NCBI GenBank assembly: GCA_024704765.1
Contig: JAKMXF010000310.1
Location: 993,999 to 1,057,998 of the forward strand
Direction of reading: 5' to 3'
DNA from: Oopsacas minuta
Lineage: Eukaryota > Animalia > Porifera
Length of the DNA: 64,000 nucleotides
Every line of letters begins with the position of its first letter. The first letter of the stretch is position 1. Shown here in pieces: positions 13,401 to 28,900 of the stretch. The notes below the pieces were generated by a model that did not search any database, was not told the DNA's origin, and saw only the letters and a list, made by a program, of their open reading frames with translations. The position numbers were made by a program, and so were the translations under genes.

Positions 13401-16400
13401 TTGAACCCCAGACTAAGAAAAGAAAGAAGTAAAATAAACTCAAAGTAACATTTAGATAAACATATATGTATAAATGTACAACTTTTCAAGACCACCATTC
13501 AATATTCAGTGGAATAATTCAACCATTGTTGCACCAAATAGTTCAATTTAGGGTTAACCGAGTAATATTAGGCTGATAGTTAATTTGCAGTATTCAGTTG
13601 ATCAAAGGAAAATAGTATCAGCATAGGCGTAAGGTTTGCCATTGTGGGGAGGGGATGCCCAACCCTCTCAGTAGCAGCAAAAGCCAGTAAATATCGTCTC
13701 AAAGTGCTTTGAAATATTATTGAAACGTTGGTAATATAACATTTCTGGTTCAACCTAGCAAAGTATCAGTGCGGAGGAGATTATTTTATGAGAGTAAGTA
13801 GAAAATTTTTGGAGATCGAGATTGGCCCCCCAGCCCCACATCCGAAAAACGACCCAAAAACATTACGCTAATGATCAGTAGTATTTGGTTGACATACCGA
13901 TATTATCAGTACTAGCATACTTAGTTTGCCAGGTCGCTACGCGACTTAATATGCTCGGCACTATGCTGAGCCTTGGGTTAAGAAATAGAGCAAAATTCCA
14001 TCTAAAAGATATATTATTGCTTCCACAGTGGTGGCGCCAGGGCAAGGCTCTTTGGTATAAATTATGTTTACGCTTATGAGTATCTTGTGCCATTTGTATG
14101 CCTAAATGTAGATGGATAAATTCTTCCATTTATAAGTCCTATAATTCATTGATTATCTAAGATGTTAGACTCTCATTTCCCCGAAACTTTTCCTACAGTC
14201 AGAGCGTGGATACTAACGATTATTCATCAGATCGCTGGGCAAGATAATTCTGGCACCCTTGGATTGTTGAACGGATTTTTACTAGTTTGTGGGTGCTGAA
14301 TCCGAGTCTGAAGTCCAATATAATTCATCAGGTCACAATTTCATGATATGCAACATGCAAAAATTGCAAAATTACTGAAATATAGAAAAAATACGACAGT
14401 ACAGTGGGTGCTCTCTAATTGTCCAGTGGGCAATGGGGTTCGAAGTGGCAATTACAGAATTCGAAGTGAATAACGATTACGAATTTCATATATGAGCAAG
14501 TGGACAATTAGAGAACTGGACAATTAGGGAGGACCCACTGACTGTATAAGAATGTAATTATAAATATATTGAGTCTATTTTCGAATTAGGGGTCATTGAC
14601 TTATTGAGTTTCATTAAAAGACAGAATGACGATTGTGAAAGAAATTCCAGTAATTTTGCAAAGAAAATCAAGTACTCAATATCGTAAATAGACAGAAAAA
14701 GCCAAAAACAGTATGTATACGTGTAAAATGACAAATTTGCTTAAAATAGTTCTATTTCTGCAAGTGAATATCGTATCAATATTAGGTAAGGTGGCTAATC
14801 ATGAATACTGATACTCACTATTTATGCTAGACTGAATCGTATTACTAGTAGAACCACTTAAGGAGGAACACGGTTAATAGTAGAGAGCTGCTAAGCTCCC
14901 ATTTATCTGGAAGTGTACATTTCTGATAAAAGTATGAAACTTTCCACATAACATCTACATACAAGTAGAAGTGATTCTAGAAGTGGGGCCATCTCGAAAA
15001 AGATCTCTCACACCAGTGTCAGCCATTTCTAATGTTGTGCTAATTCGCGACACATCTTCATAATCTTAAATGCTTCAATTGGGTTACTGTAATCCGATTC
15101 TTACATCGCTATTTGTCATCAGCGTAAAATTCCCTATCTTTAGCACTCGAATAGATTTATATTTTCCCTAGCAACGCAGGAATATGCCAGAAATGTGACA
15201 ACGTTACATTCTAAAATAATTGTCCTAACCCTATCGAGTAACCCGTTCGACTGGACTGGGAACTAAATACATAGTGTCAAACTTTTGCCTGTTTTCCCTG
15301 TCGCTATGTATAGAGTTCCCAGTTGAAGGAATTTGGATTTTACCCATCCTTACGATATATAATTCTGCTATATTATATAGGGGGCATAGTTGCTAGGTGG
15401 ATAAATTCAATTTTCTGATTAACTCAACTTAAATAATTTGGTCATATACCTTGATCTATTTCAGGGGTTTTCAACCAGTGGGTCGTGGAAGGTAGGAATT
15501 TTTACTGAATTTCAGTGATTCTATTACTATTAATTTGTGGTTAATGTCGCGTTGCGTAATTAGAAACCATATTGTCATTATATGACATCATTGTATTGAT
15601 TATGAAATAACATAGAAGAAATAGAATCTTGAAGGAATACATACAATTCGAGACATGTCACGAATTGTAATGCACGAATTGTAATGTCACGAATTGTATG
15701 TATTCCAATATTGAAGTGTAATATTTTATTAAATAACCTATGAAGTCCAGGCTTGTATGTACAACAAAAAATTATATAAAGACATTTCTAGGCCTTTCAA
15801 CTTTAACAAGTCCTTCTAATCGTATTTTTACTTAAATGGCAACTAAACGTGCTCCGAAGCGTGCTTACTCAGATGATTATCTGAAATTTGGATTTACAAG
15901 TATAGTAATTGAAGGTATTGAAAAACCACAATGCGTGATATGTCTGAAAGTATTATTTGCAGAGTCTATGAAGCCGTTTCAGCTTAAAAGACATTTTGAG
16001 AAAGAACATCCAACATATAATGACCGAGATGTTTCTTTCTTCCAAAGACAATCTCAATCTGTCAAGAAATCTAGACTTGATACGACAGGACAGACAGCTA
16101 TCACTATAAGAGCCGCAGTTGAAGCATCATATGTTGTGTCACTACGTATTTCTAAATCTAAGAAACCCCATACTATTGGTGAAGAGCTAGTTTTGCCCTG
16201 CACGAAAGACATTGTGCGCATAATGATTGGAGCAGATGCAGTAAAAAAACTAAGTTCGCTGTCAATTTCAGATAACACTGTTCAGCGCAGAGTTCAAGAA
16301 ATGTCAGAGGATATTAAGAACCAAGTTGTGGAGCAAATCAAACAGTCACCCATCTTTGTTTTGCAATTAGATGAGTCAACTGATGTTTCTTCTTGTGCTC

Positions 16401-19400
16401 AGCTGATGATATATGTACGTTATATCCACGATTCTAACTTCAAAGAAGAGTTCCTGTTTTGTCAGCCACTTGATTCTCAAACACGTGGAATTGATGTTTT
16501 CAACAAAGTAGACACCTTTTTTGTAAAAGAAGGTCTCGATTGGAAATAAGTTGGGGCTGTTTGCACAGATGGCGCTCCTTCTATGTTGGGAAGCCATTCT
16601 GGGTTCCAGACACGCGTTAGACAGTTTGTCCCAGATGTGACAACAAATCACTGTATGATTCACCGAGAAGCCCTTGCAGCGAAGACTTTGCCAGCCTCGC
16701 TAAATGTTATCTTGCAAGAGGTAATTAAAATAGTCAATTTCGTTAAAAGTAGCGCACTCAACACTCGTCTCTTCAGAAATCTTTGTTTAGATATGGATGC
16801 TGCGCATATGAATCTGTTATATCACACTGAAGTTAGATGGCTTTCAAAGGGCAATGTTTTGAATCGTGTTCTAGACCTCAAGGAAGAAACAACAGAATTT
16901 TTAAAACTCCAAAAGCGGACGCATTGGCATGATTTATTCGAAAATCACGAATGGATTACTAGACTTTGTTATCTTTGCGATATTTTTGAAAGACTCAATA
17001 CTCTGAACCTCTCATTGCAAGGTAAAGATAGTAATATTATGGATTTTGTAGACAAGCTTTCTGCCTTTCAAGCAATGCTTGACCTCTGGAGAAACAAGAT
17101 AAATAGTGGTAGGATTACAGTGTTTCTCACCTTTGTAGCTATGTTGAAGATTGCGAAATTAGTATCAGCGAAGCTTTGCAAAATGACATTGCAACGCATT
17201 TGCAATCACTTAAAGATGAATTCTCTAGATACTTTCCAGAAACAACAAAATCCAAATTTAATCTTGTTCGAAATCCTTTTCTGGCCAAAATAGATGACTG
17301 CATTCCTGATAATCACGATACAGCACAGGAGGATTTCATCAACTTGTAAACGATTCAGGAGCACAAACATTATTTTCAAGAGTTGATTTGCCATCTTTTT
17401 GGAGTTCTGTGTTTGGAAGCTATCCAATAGTATCACAGATTGCCCTGAAGTTACTCATGCCATTCCCATCAACTTATTTGTGTGAAGCGGCGTTTTCTAG
17501 CATGCTAGTAATCAAAACTAAGGCTAGAAATAGACTTGATGTCGAACCAGATCTACGCTGCTGCTTAGCAATAACACAGCCTTGAACTCAAAAGCTAGTT
17601 GATGAAAAACAACATAAAAAATCACATTAAATAATCATGTGTGATAATTATTAGTATTGTAGATGTATTAAATTTACATTAGAATAATATATACGAGTTA
17701 AGTACATACATTTTGAAATTTACGTTTTGGTTATGCCTTCATCGGGCGGGGCGCGAACGCTTTAAAAAGTTGGAAAGTGGGTCGTGGTCAGAAAAAGGTT
17801 GAAAACCCCTGATCTATATCTTATAAATATCTTATACAATTATAAGTATATTTCTCACAAATTCAGACGAAAGAATCATATTTCTGTGAGAAATATGCAA
17901 AAATCCGAAGAAAATTAGGAAGCCGCAAGGGATAATCTACTAATATCGTGTTAAATGGACTATCAAGGGCCGATATGATATAAATAGAGTAATAGACTCA
18001 GCTAGCCGGCGTCGAACAACGGGTCACTCGATAGGATTAGGACAAATTTTTAGAATGGATTGTTGTCACATTCCTATGACATTCCTGGTGGGTAGGGAAA
18101 AAATGTTCCCGAACATATTCGAGTGACCACTCAAACGAAGGGAAGTGTTACGCTGATGACGAATATCGACATAAAATCCTAATGGAAGTTAGGATAGATA
18201 TAAGATACTCTAATTGTGCCACAAAGTGGCAAATTAAAAATGGCTGACACAGGTGTGAGAGACCTTTTTCTAGATGGCTCCATGTTTAGAATCACTTCTA
18301 AATGGTATGTAGTTGTCATGTGGAAAGTTTCATGCTTTATCAAAAAATGTACACTTTTTGTTTAACAGCTTCAGTACGAATTTCTGGATAATACGAACAT
18401 AAATTTACACAAAATCAAGTCCCTACCATGATTTTCAATTGAGTTTGCTCGGTTTAATACGAACTCAGGATAAGATGTACAAATTTCGAAAGTCCGCTCG
18501 CGTACGTACTAGCGAGCTTCTACTGATTTGGTATACGGTTTCTCAATAATTTAAGTTTCTACGAGCCTTTGGCTTGTCGCTTTTGCCCTTTAATATATTT
18601 GTTTATTTGTTTTGTAGGTTGAAGAAAAGATGCATTCTTGTTTACAACAATGCTATAGGTAAACAACTAACAGCAAACATATATACGCTTTGTTTACATG
18701 TTTGTTTGTTTGTTTGTTATTAGATTATAACAGGTTGTGACGCGGGCTAAAGAAGAACAATTAGAAGTTCGACAAGTAGCTTGTGAACATGAAATACAAA
18801 GAATTACAGAATAAACTTCAAATTTTGAAAGGTGTGAAATACCTGCATTTCTTAAATTACTAAATCTGTAGGATAATTTGAATTACATGGAAAATGTATG
18901 AAAATATGATTAACCCTTCGAAAACTTGTGGAACTATTAATAATTATAAACTTAGGTGAGAAAGATACAATATTCACAGACCAAGTTAATGAATCACCAA
19001 ACTTCCCCTCTCCCTATAGCACCCCTAAGCAATCCAAGAATAGATCTCCTGACAGAGTAATGCAGTCTATAGTTGCTATAGATACACAATTGGAGGTATG
19101 GAATGTTGAGTTAATATTTTAATAGAAAGAATTAGTTCCCATCAAGAGTCTTGGTATAAGGTGTCCACGGGTTAAAGAGGTTGGGAACCACTATATGAAA
19201 TTGTTACATAATTGTTTCCTGTTTCGTTGTTAGGCAGAAGAACGTGTTTTGATTGGCTTGGAGAGTCAGTTAGAAATTCCTCTCGATCCTGTTGTTAGGT
19301 AAGAGGTGTTATGCAGATACAACAAACACAAAGTAAAATACAAATATTACAGATAGATTTACAGAATAGAAAAGGTAAACAAACTAATAAACAAGTATCA

Positions 19401-19869
19401 AGTAAACTAGCCAACAAACAAACAAACACAAGCAATCAAATTAACAAATATACTAACAAACTAACTAACTAACTTAACAACAAACAAATAAACTAACTAA
19501 CTAACAACAAACAAATAAACAAACAAACAAACAAACAAATATACTTTTTCCTGTAATACCATCTAAAGACATTCCTTCAGTTACCATAGTAACGTCACAA
19601 GACCCCCGATTAACACGTCTAGAACACAGACAGTACATCCTTGACGAGATAGTCCAAACAGAGAGAGACTTCTCTAAACATATGTACCTTACATGTACAT
19701 ATGTGCTATAAGCTTGTAAAGACGCTAACATATCACAAATGGAGATAAATATATTATTTGGAATATGGAGGCTATCTCCAAGGTCTCAGAGGTACTGTTA
19801 GTTGGATTACAGGACACTTTAAGGAACGTTATTGAGAAACAAACTATAGGTAAATATGTGTACTTTTGC

Positions 19870-19922
<53 letters not shown>

Positions 19923-22900
19923 TCTAATGAATTCCAGAGACTTGAAAGACACCTCTGCCAATTACTGCAGATACCTAGACGAGGCTCTCACCCTATTGGA
20001 CAAGGTTGGTTCCTTTCACACCGTTTATAACTCCAACTTTAAATACTTTAAATACTTTAAATACCATTGTTTACAATCCGTTACTATGCTAGTTTGATGA
20101 AGAACATCCTATATATGGGGTGTTAGAATATGGCCTCTCTCAAATACGCTCTCATGTGCAATGCTGGGACCTACCCTCTATCCGAATTAAACCAATGCAG
20201 CGGATTCTCAAATATCCTCTCCTTGGGGACCTCGTGAAGTATACGGAAGATGACCATTCGGACAAGAAACACCTAATTTGCGCGTCTAAACTAATGGGAG
20301 AAGTAGCTAATCAGATTAACGAAGTTGAGAGGAGAAAGGATCTAGGTGATTAATCATATTTTCACACCTTTTGGCGTGTATATTTCAAAATGATACTACC
20401 TCTGTCTTATTGTTGTTATTATTTGTTTGTTCTATTTTTAGTACTAAAGTACCATGTTAATGAACAGGGCCTCAAAAGCAAGCTTGGAATATGAACTGGC
20501 ATTCTGTTATTAAGAAAACTAGAAGAGTTAATCAAATTATATTAAAATCAGTTGGCATTAACACCTCAGTAAGTTTGTTATTTCCTGTTCTTCTTGTTGA
20601 GTTGTTGTTGTCACTTCAGACAGTAGATGAAGTATTCCAACCAGAAGAGAGGAGATTAAAAGAACTGGAAAAAACTCTAAAATCAGTTGTTAAAAGTATT
20701 ACAACTCTTGTAACTTATATGCAGGTATATATTAGACTAAAATATCTATAATTCACACTTATTTTGAAGTCATTGAAAATGGGCGCCGAAAATCAGCTGT
20801 TCCCAACATTATTCACCCTGTGGACTCCGGGTTGGGAACAGCTGCCCTAGGGTCTGTAACACTATAAATTGACTATTCTGATTTCACCATAATTATAATG
20901 ACTCTCAAGTTATAATTGAATATTCATAAAAATTCGTCATCCATGGTTCTACCGTAACTCAACAACGAACCAACTTTTGAATGACTTGACATTTTGTATA
21001 AAGTATCTATAGGTCATTTTGGAGCGCATGCATTAGTTCTACTCTGACAGTAGTCATTAGTTCTACTAGGAAAATTGGCGGTAGTTCGAGGTATTTAACG
21101 TGTAGTCATTAATTCGACTCGGAAATTGTCAGTGCTTCTACTCTTTAATTATGATTGTAGAGCTATAGGTAAAAATCTAATTTGACAGTTTCAATGAGAA
21201 TACCAATGAGTGAACAAAATAGAGAAATAAACATATGAAAAAATGAAGGAAATGGGGCGCTGCATTTGGTCGAATTCTATTTTGGCTATGTGGTCGATAG
21301 AGCGAATGTATACTAGCGATGAGTATCTCTTTTCTAAGGCCAATTCAAATTTTGAGAAACACTGAATGCTCCCTTAAATTTCTAAAAAACTGGCACAAGC
21401 GGTTTAATAGCAAAAAATCCAGCGATCCCTCATTTTGCAAACTTTTCTAATAATTAATCCAACAAAAGTCCATCCAAACACAAAATTAGCATGGACTCCA
21501 CATTCCCGCCCCTAGATAGCTTAATGACGAGTACAAATAAAAACTCCCAGGCCAATAAGGTAGTGAACAAAATCCCTAATCACGTGCTCGTTTCTATAAA
21601 TCCATTTTCTATATCGATCTATCGACAACATAGCTAAAATAAATTCGATCTATCACAACATCTCAGTTTAGAATATTTAAATATAGCTCTACAATCATAA
21701 TTAAAGAGTAGAAGCACTGCCAAATTTCCGAGTAGAACTAATGCCTGCACAATGAAAAAGTAGAACTAACGTCTACAAAAGAAAATTAGAACTAATGACT
21801 ATTAGAGTAGTAGAACTAATGCCGCGTTCCCGTCATTTCATTGATTCACTTTAGTTGATAAATGCAATATTTAACGTTTTACGAGGCATCAAAGAAAGAT
21901 ACATTTTGCTAAATATAAGCTTACTAGACGCATATTTTGACACATTCCTGAATTTTTTTAATATTTATTGTATAAAATTTTCTCCTACAAAAATAAAAAT
22001 GTAAACATTTATTCAGGCAGAAATGCATTTCTCTGCAAAATTGAAACATGTTTATAATGCTTTAGGCTAATACTGTATCCCTGGTGCCAAAATTTCGAGT
22101 TAATGTTAGGCCTTATGTTTAGTAGGCTATGAGCTGATATATTTGTGTTTCTTTGTACATACTTTAATCAATTTTTCACTATCTAGGCGTTGAAGCCGTA
22201 AATTTTTATCGGGCTCTTCCGGCTCTCCGGAACTCACAAAGTTAGGGCCGTGACCTAACGCGATTAACTCAATTTTGAATCGTGGAGATCTAAATATTCT
22301 GAATTCAAAACACATTTTCGATTGGGTTTAAAACAATTAGAAAACATCACCAAGTTTATAATAAAAGAAGGATCTAGTTATAAACATGTCGGTCCTCTGA
22401 ATGGCATTTAACATTATTAGACTGCTAGATCGCCCCTACTGAATCCTAATTTCTTGTCATTTAACTTATTTTCACATATAGATACATGATGTCATCGTAG
22501 ACTTTCTAAATATGAGAATTGACTTTCCCTGGCGTCGAACAAGGGGCAAAGTCACTCGATGGGGTTAAGACAAGTTTGAGAATGGAATATTGTTACATTC
22601 TGGAGATATTTCAGCCTTGCTAAGGAAAAACTACAAGTTTGTTCAAGTGACCCATCAAATGGCTGGAAATTTGATGTTGAGGATGAATCTGGTGGTTTAA
22701 GTAGATTCAATGAGATTTGAAAGGTTATCACATGGGGGATGTATCGGCGAATTAGTCGATGACTGTTATTTTTGGATCTGCAGGTTCAACGAACCCAAAA
22801 GTACTTGTTCCCTAAAGTTAACAATAAATGCCCCAACACAGCTTTTCCAGCTTATTTTTCAAGATTTGTGACCAGACAATTATTATATGTACGTATGTAT

Positions 22901-25900
22901 AGATTTTCTTGAATTAATTAATAGTGTAGAATCTGTAGATTGCATTCAATGACAGTCAGAAATGTTCATGTCTAATTTACAAATACCTTAACTACCAACA
23001 ATTGTCACATAAATCCTTGGAACTTTGGGTATAATCTTGGATATCAGAAATTTATTTCTCGCTCGCTACATTCGCTCGTTCAATAATTTAATTCCTGCCC
23101 TCATATCTCCCTGGATAAAAGGTATCGTAATTTGCAAACTAGGACTTAGAATAGATTCAATAAGAATAATTGTTGTATATCTTCCAGAAACTCAATACCC
23201 TACCCCAAGTAAATCTCTGGACGCCTATACAAATGGCGAAACTCTAGACGGTTGGCAGTTATGCAAATAGCAAAATACAAATTTCTAATTTCCTAAATAT
23301 CTCCAAATTCATAAGTCCTCGGTTAAGTGATAGTTAACTACTTACTATAATATCAGAGAAGCATATTGGTGGGTCGTCAAATGTAATAATGGTGAGGACT
23401 AAAGTTACAGTTTCACTTGTAGCCCCTTCTGCATCAGTAACGGTAAACTCGATATATCTATCTTCTGGAGAAATATTCTGGTTTAGATTTACAAATGTAG
23501 CACTTTGGAGGAACTGTGAATAATCTGTTAATGTACCATTACCTTTTATGTCTAATAAGCCTGTAGAATCTAGAGGAATAAAGCCAAGAGTTAAGGAAAT
23601 TACAAGAAGATAAGAGATTACAATGTTGGTACCAAAATTTTTCATATAAACAATACAGATTTACAGAGGAAATTCAACTGAAACAATCCCTATACAACTA
23701 AAAGAATAATATAAAGACAAAGTTGTAAGATTCTACCTAGATAACAAACCTGAATAACTAGATTCAAACTCAAAACTCTGAGAAAGGTTCAGTGAGAGTA
23801 AATCACCAGGCTTCACATTACCAATTATAATAGTTGCAGATTGAAGTTGCACGCTGTCTGTATCAATGATAGTGAAATTATCATTGGTTAGCCTCAATGT
23901 TTCCCTATTCTCTTCATTGTAAATAACTGATTCCTTGAGAAACACAGAATTATCAAAACACCAAAAATGTTACAAAATTCGACTAAAGTTAAATAATAGC
24001 TAACTATGGAGGCAATAGAATAGATAGACTTGGGCTAGGGACTGGTCTATGGAGTTATCACCCGCTTTAGTGCGCCGGAAAGTTTGGAGTACACATGTTA
24101 TATCACTCAGTTATTGTTTAGCTTATTTAGGATATTTGAGGTCACGTATCCACAAAGAGCAGGAAAATCATGTTATGTATGATGTTACTGTATATTTCGT
24201 TTCAATTGTTAGTAGGATAATGAAGATTCCAAGTTGCCTTGTTGCATCGTGTATGGTAGGCTCAACGGAAAGCGAAATTGAATCAACATGTTTCACAACT
24301 ATAGTGCGTTGTTTTACTAACAAAAATACATGACATAGGAGTAGAGACTATTTATCCTAAATTGATCTTAACCCAATAGTATTTAATTAAGAGTATGATG
24401 CACGTATACTCCTCCACTAGAATTGTATTTGCAGCGATAATCGAGCTCTTGAAAATGTATATATATTTATTTTTTATATCAAATAATGTTTCATAGTGCC
24501 TTACTTTGATAATATTTTGCTAGAGGCCAGACAAAAGTTTGACTGGTGTCAAATAATGGTACTTAGCGTCCAATCGAATAGCAAAAGGGGAGAAAGACAC
24601 CAGAAGAATATCCAACAATTATATCACATATATCGTGACCCTAGTTTTGCTATCGAGGTGTCACGGAGAAATTTAATATATAGACCAAACTGTGGTCTGC
24701 GGACCACTATGTCAAAGGGGGTGCCGTGGTACCAAAGAATTGTATTATGATTAATGGCAGTGGGTCTGTGGACCAATTAAAATATAGGTTAGGGAGTCCG
24801 CAGGTGAAAATGTTTGGGAAGTGTTTATATAAGCAACCATTTAAATACTCTCCCGTTATAGTATAGTTTCCAGCTCCTTGTTGGAGTTAAAGGATAAGGT
24901 CCGGTCTGGTCCATAAATATTATGGACCGCCGCGACTCTGACCCGGCCACAAAAATCCGATCTCGAGTGTAACATGTAATTAAATTGATTGTTGAGGTGT
25001 GTCGGATCTAGACATTTTTTTAAACCTCGTGGTTAAATAGATTTTTAGAGTGCTGTTGAGACTGATTTTAACCCACGTCTGATGTTCACTTGTTCAAAGA
25101 GTTAAAGCTTGTCTGTTATATTACAGACTGATTAAACTCAGTTTATTGGCTGAAGTGAATTCCTTTCTTACTGAATGTAGGTGGTTATTCGTAGAGTCAC
25201 ATACAATTAAATATTTCTTCGATTGCCTTGTGATTAATGAAAAATGATTATCAAAAGAATATCTTGTAATGTATACACAGAATTCGCATGGAACTGGGCA
25301 CTTTGTGCCTCGGATTCAATTATTTATATTGAGTAACGTTAAATTGCGAAATTCGAAATCAGCGACTTGATTACTCAGTATAACTGTTGAAGCCAAGTTT
25401 CTGAGACTATTTAGAAATCTTTTGAATTTATATAGTACCTAAAGAACAAAAAATATTCACAATAAGTTGTCAAAAATCATAATTGGAATCAGCGTACTCC
25501 ATTAGTATTACAGTTTAAACTAAGTTTGTGGGACTATTTGTTCACTTTATCTATAATTATAGGCCTTGATATTTTGAAATTGAAATTGAAATTGAAACTA
25601 ACTTGATTTCAATGTATATTGAAATAGAAAATGTGATTTTCTATTTATACTAACCCCCAGATGCATATTCGGGATAATTATTAAATAATTAATTAATTGG
25701 GTCTGACTGAATGGTGGAAAACGGCTTAATGGAGGAAAATTGCTCAATTAATTGAGCAATTTCCTGGATGAGTTTGATAAGGGGCACCAAAACAAGCACA
25801 AATGGATAACATCAATGACAAAAGTTGTAAAATATAATTAAATAAGTGTAATTACACTTAGAGCTTATTACCACTAGAGTGCTTGCAAAACAATGGGTAA

Positions 25901-28900
25901 TAGATCGTTTGTCCGATCGAGGATGAGGAACCGGGTCTAGACCAATGAATCGGCCCATATAGTTAGCTCACAAAATTCTGACAGGTCCAGACTACACTTG
26001 AGAAAAAGCGTACCGGACCGATCTGTAGCCGATCGGTCCAGTCCAGATCGCTGGATATTTGGTATATACCTAGTGCTGATCTATGACAGAAGATGTGAGG
26101 ACCATAATACTCGTACATATTAAGATATTTAGCCCAACTGAACAAAAATTAATGTTATAATGCATAATCTTAGGCGTATTACCCTGATCCTGAGCAAATG
26201 TATATAACATATTCATATACACAATAACACAAACCACATAAACAATGGAAAATATTCCAAACCAATGTGTATAAAGCAGTTTAGAGGATATATTTCAAGA
26301 TACGTAGAAAGCTAATTAATAGTGGAGTAACTATAGCTTGTTGACAGGGGCTACGTCACTTGACATGCCAGGTAGGTAAGTAACTAGATTGCAGGGGCCT
26401 GGGGCCCCCACATTTCTCCAGTTAGTCCTGATTCGACTTTGGGAGGTTCTATTATATGATTCCGATAATGCTAAATTCGAACCAATAGCTTCAAAACATA
26501 TCACGAAATCAGGGGTATACATGGATGAAATATGAAACTGTCTAAACTAGGTCACCACACTTGTATAGAATGCCTCTCCATTCCAACACAAAAGAGATAT
26601 ACAATACTTACCAGAGAATTGTGTATAACAGGAGCATCATTCCTGGGAATAATCGAAATTACGACTTCAGTAGTTGATGTGAAATCTGCATCCGAAAGAG
26701 AGTATACGACTGTTCGAGTGGCTACCCCAGGTTCCTCAATATTATTCCTATAAAACATAGATTGGTTTTAATCTATAGTATAATTAAAGCAATAAATCAA
26801 TATCAGTATGCAACTATATGTAAACGCATGCAGTGGAACCTGCGACACCTGTATTTTCCGGAAGACCTCCATAATCTGACAGTGCCTCTGATCAGGACTA
26901 GTTTCAGATAATACAATTTCGCTTGGTTATCCGACAACATTTAATGTCAAAATGAGTGGCGGTTTATGCAGGTTCCACTTTATACAAGTGCGCTTCGCTT
27001 GCCATGGGCTCCAACAGAGGAATATCAAATAATTTTGAGTTTGCAAAATCAACTCATTTAACTCATTAAATTTGAAAACTACCAACTCTTTTTAAGAAAT
27101 GAGTTGGTATCAATCCATTTACTGCTCTTTCAACTAATTCCATTCATTCTATTTGTGTAGAATCAACTCATTCAAGAAAATGAGTTGATACAGCACTGCG
27201 GCTTCAGGGCAAGAATTGATGTTCGACCCTTCTTGCACAGAACCTGGTTTAAATAAAATTTGCTAAATTATGTATATTGCTTTTGGTTGTTGTGCGACTA
27301 AATACACTCGGGACTATGTGCCCATAGGCGTAGCAGCAACAGGATTTTGAGGAGGCTTGTCGGAAATTTATGGGGGGCACAGTGTCTAAATCTATCCAGT
27401 TTCCCACTATTCCTTGGTAAAATCAATGTACGTATTCAATAATTTTTGGAGGGGCCTACTGAGAATTTTGGGGGGCCAGGCCCCCAAGCCCCCCTGGCGC
27501 TACGCCCATGTATCTGCCCCATATCTGGAAATGTAACAAAATTTATTATATTGTTATCCATGGTAGATCCAAAAGAATACAGAATGAATTCAGTGCCGGA
27601 TTTTCTATTAAAATAAGAGGGGTAAATCATGTAAATATAGAACTGAAAATGTGAAATTTGAAATCTACATACTCAATTACCCCCAACCAGCAGCTAAAAT
27701 GAAATCTCTAGGATCAATTTCAACAATAAGCAAATAGCTGTGATATTTGATTAATCTTTTGATAAAGTATGTAGTTATGCATTGGTAGGTTTCGCACCGC
27801 CGTGGGGACGGACGTCCCAATTGTCCATTCCACTAAGGCATCTCCTTATAGGAGCTGCACTCAAAATTGAGAGTCCAAATGTATCTGTTATAGAAGGAAC
27901 TAATCAAGCTGGTATGTTTAAATATGTTTATATTTATGAGACACATTTTGAATCACATGACAGAACTTTAAATGACCTTATCTATGAGAGCAGTTATAAG
28001 ATACATATTATTTATTATGTTCTTCAATGATTTACACTCTCCTGAGAGTATGTATCTGCTTTATTTATATAATTCTACTTGTAGCACCTTTACGACCTCC
28101 TCAGACATTACAGCTTACTCTAATAATGCTACTTCTATAACTGTAGTATACTATCCTCCTCACTCTTTATATCAGAATGGTATCATTACGAGATATCTCA
28201 TAACAATACAAGGAACTCCATTTGATTCATATATTAACGCCAAATGTTGAAAAAAGTACTAATGACCCCCTTGTTCCTTTTAATTAAATCAAGCTACACA
28301 TTACGAACAAGGTGATATATCAATTAATTAATCAAACTAAAGTTCTTCGTTCCGTATTTCTATTAAGTTAAAATACTTATATGTTTTAGTATTACCAAGG
28401 AAGAATATATGGTTGATGCTAAACTTCATGGTCTGAACGTTCCGAAGGTCAGTTGTGGGTGGAAGGTGTAAAATTTTAAATGGATTGTCCAATTATCGAA
28501 ATGTTGAGGATTCTCGCAATTCAATATTTATTGGTGAGTATTATCGATACACTGATGACACTATAGGCACTTATAGCTCTGCTGAGTGTAGTCCACAATT
28601 AGTTCATGGTTAGTTTTCTTGTTTAGCATTTAATTAATATACTAATTTGAATTAACTCTAAAAGTGTGGGAAGTTTGTGTCTAGTGGTGAAAATTTTAAT
28701 GTTAATTACTGTTTTACATATGTGTTCTGCTCACGTAATGCATAGGATCAGTTACAATTTAGACAAGTTGATAAAAGAATCTAGAAATTAGTTCTACATG
28801 TTTTGGGCTGTATTTTTATTGTAAAATTTCTGAGAAATCTTTTGAATTATTATGTTATATTTTATGTTTTGAAAAACGATCCATAATAATAATAAATTCG

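Larger units (their letters stand above)
18619..20724 (+). pseudogene. Intron-containing DH-BAR RhoGEF pseudogene fragment (DNMBP/Tuba-ARHGEF37/38-like), antisense in an intron
   Basis: Spliced pieces HRQYILDEIVQTERDF..LFGNMEAISKVS..IG / CFL..YCRYLDEALTLLDK / WDLPSIRIKPMQRILKYPLL..QINEVERRKDL / VLKY..NWHSVIKKTRRV / DEVFQPEERRLKELEKTLK. Has a stop at about 19708 and a frameshift at about 20490. The upstream small exons (18619-19297) are less certain. Confidence 0.85.

Noticed and set aside
19725-20097. Poly-Q and poly-C ORFs in the track
   Set aside because: Artefacts of reading through an intronic (GTT)n microsatellite.
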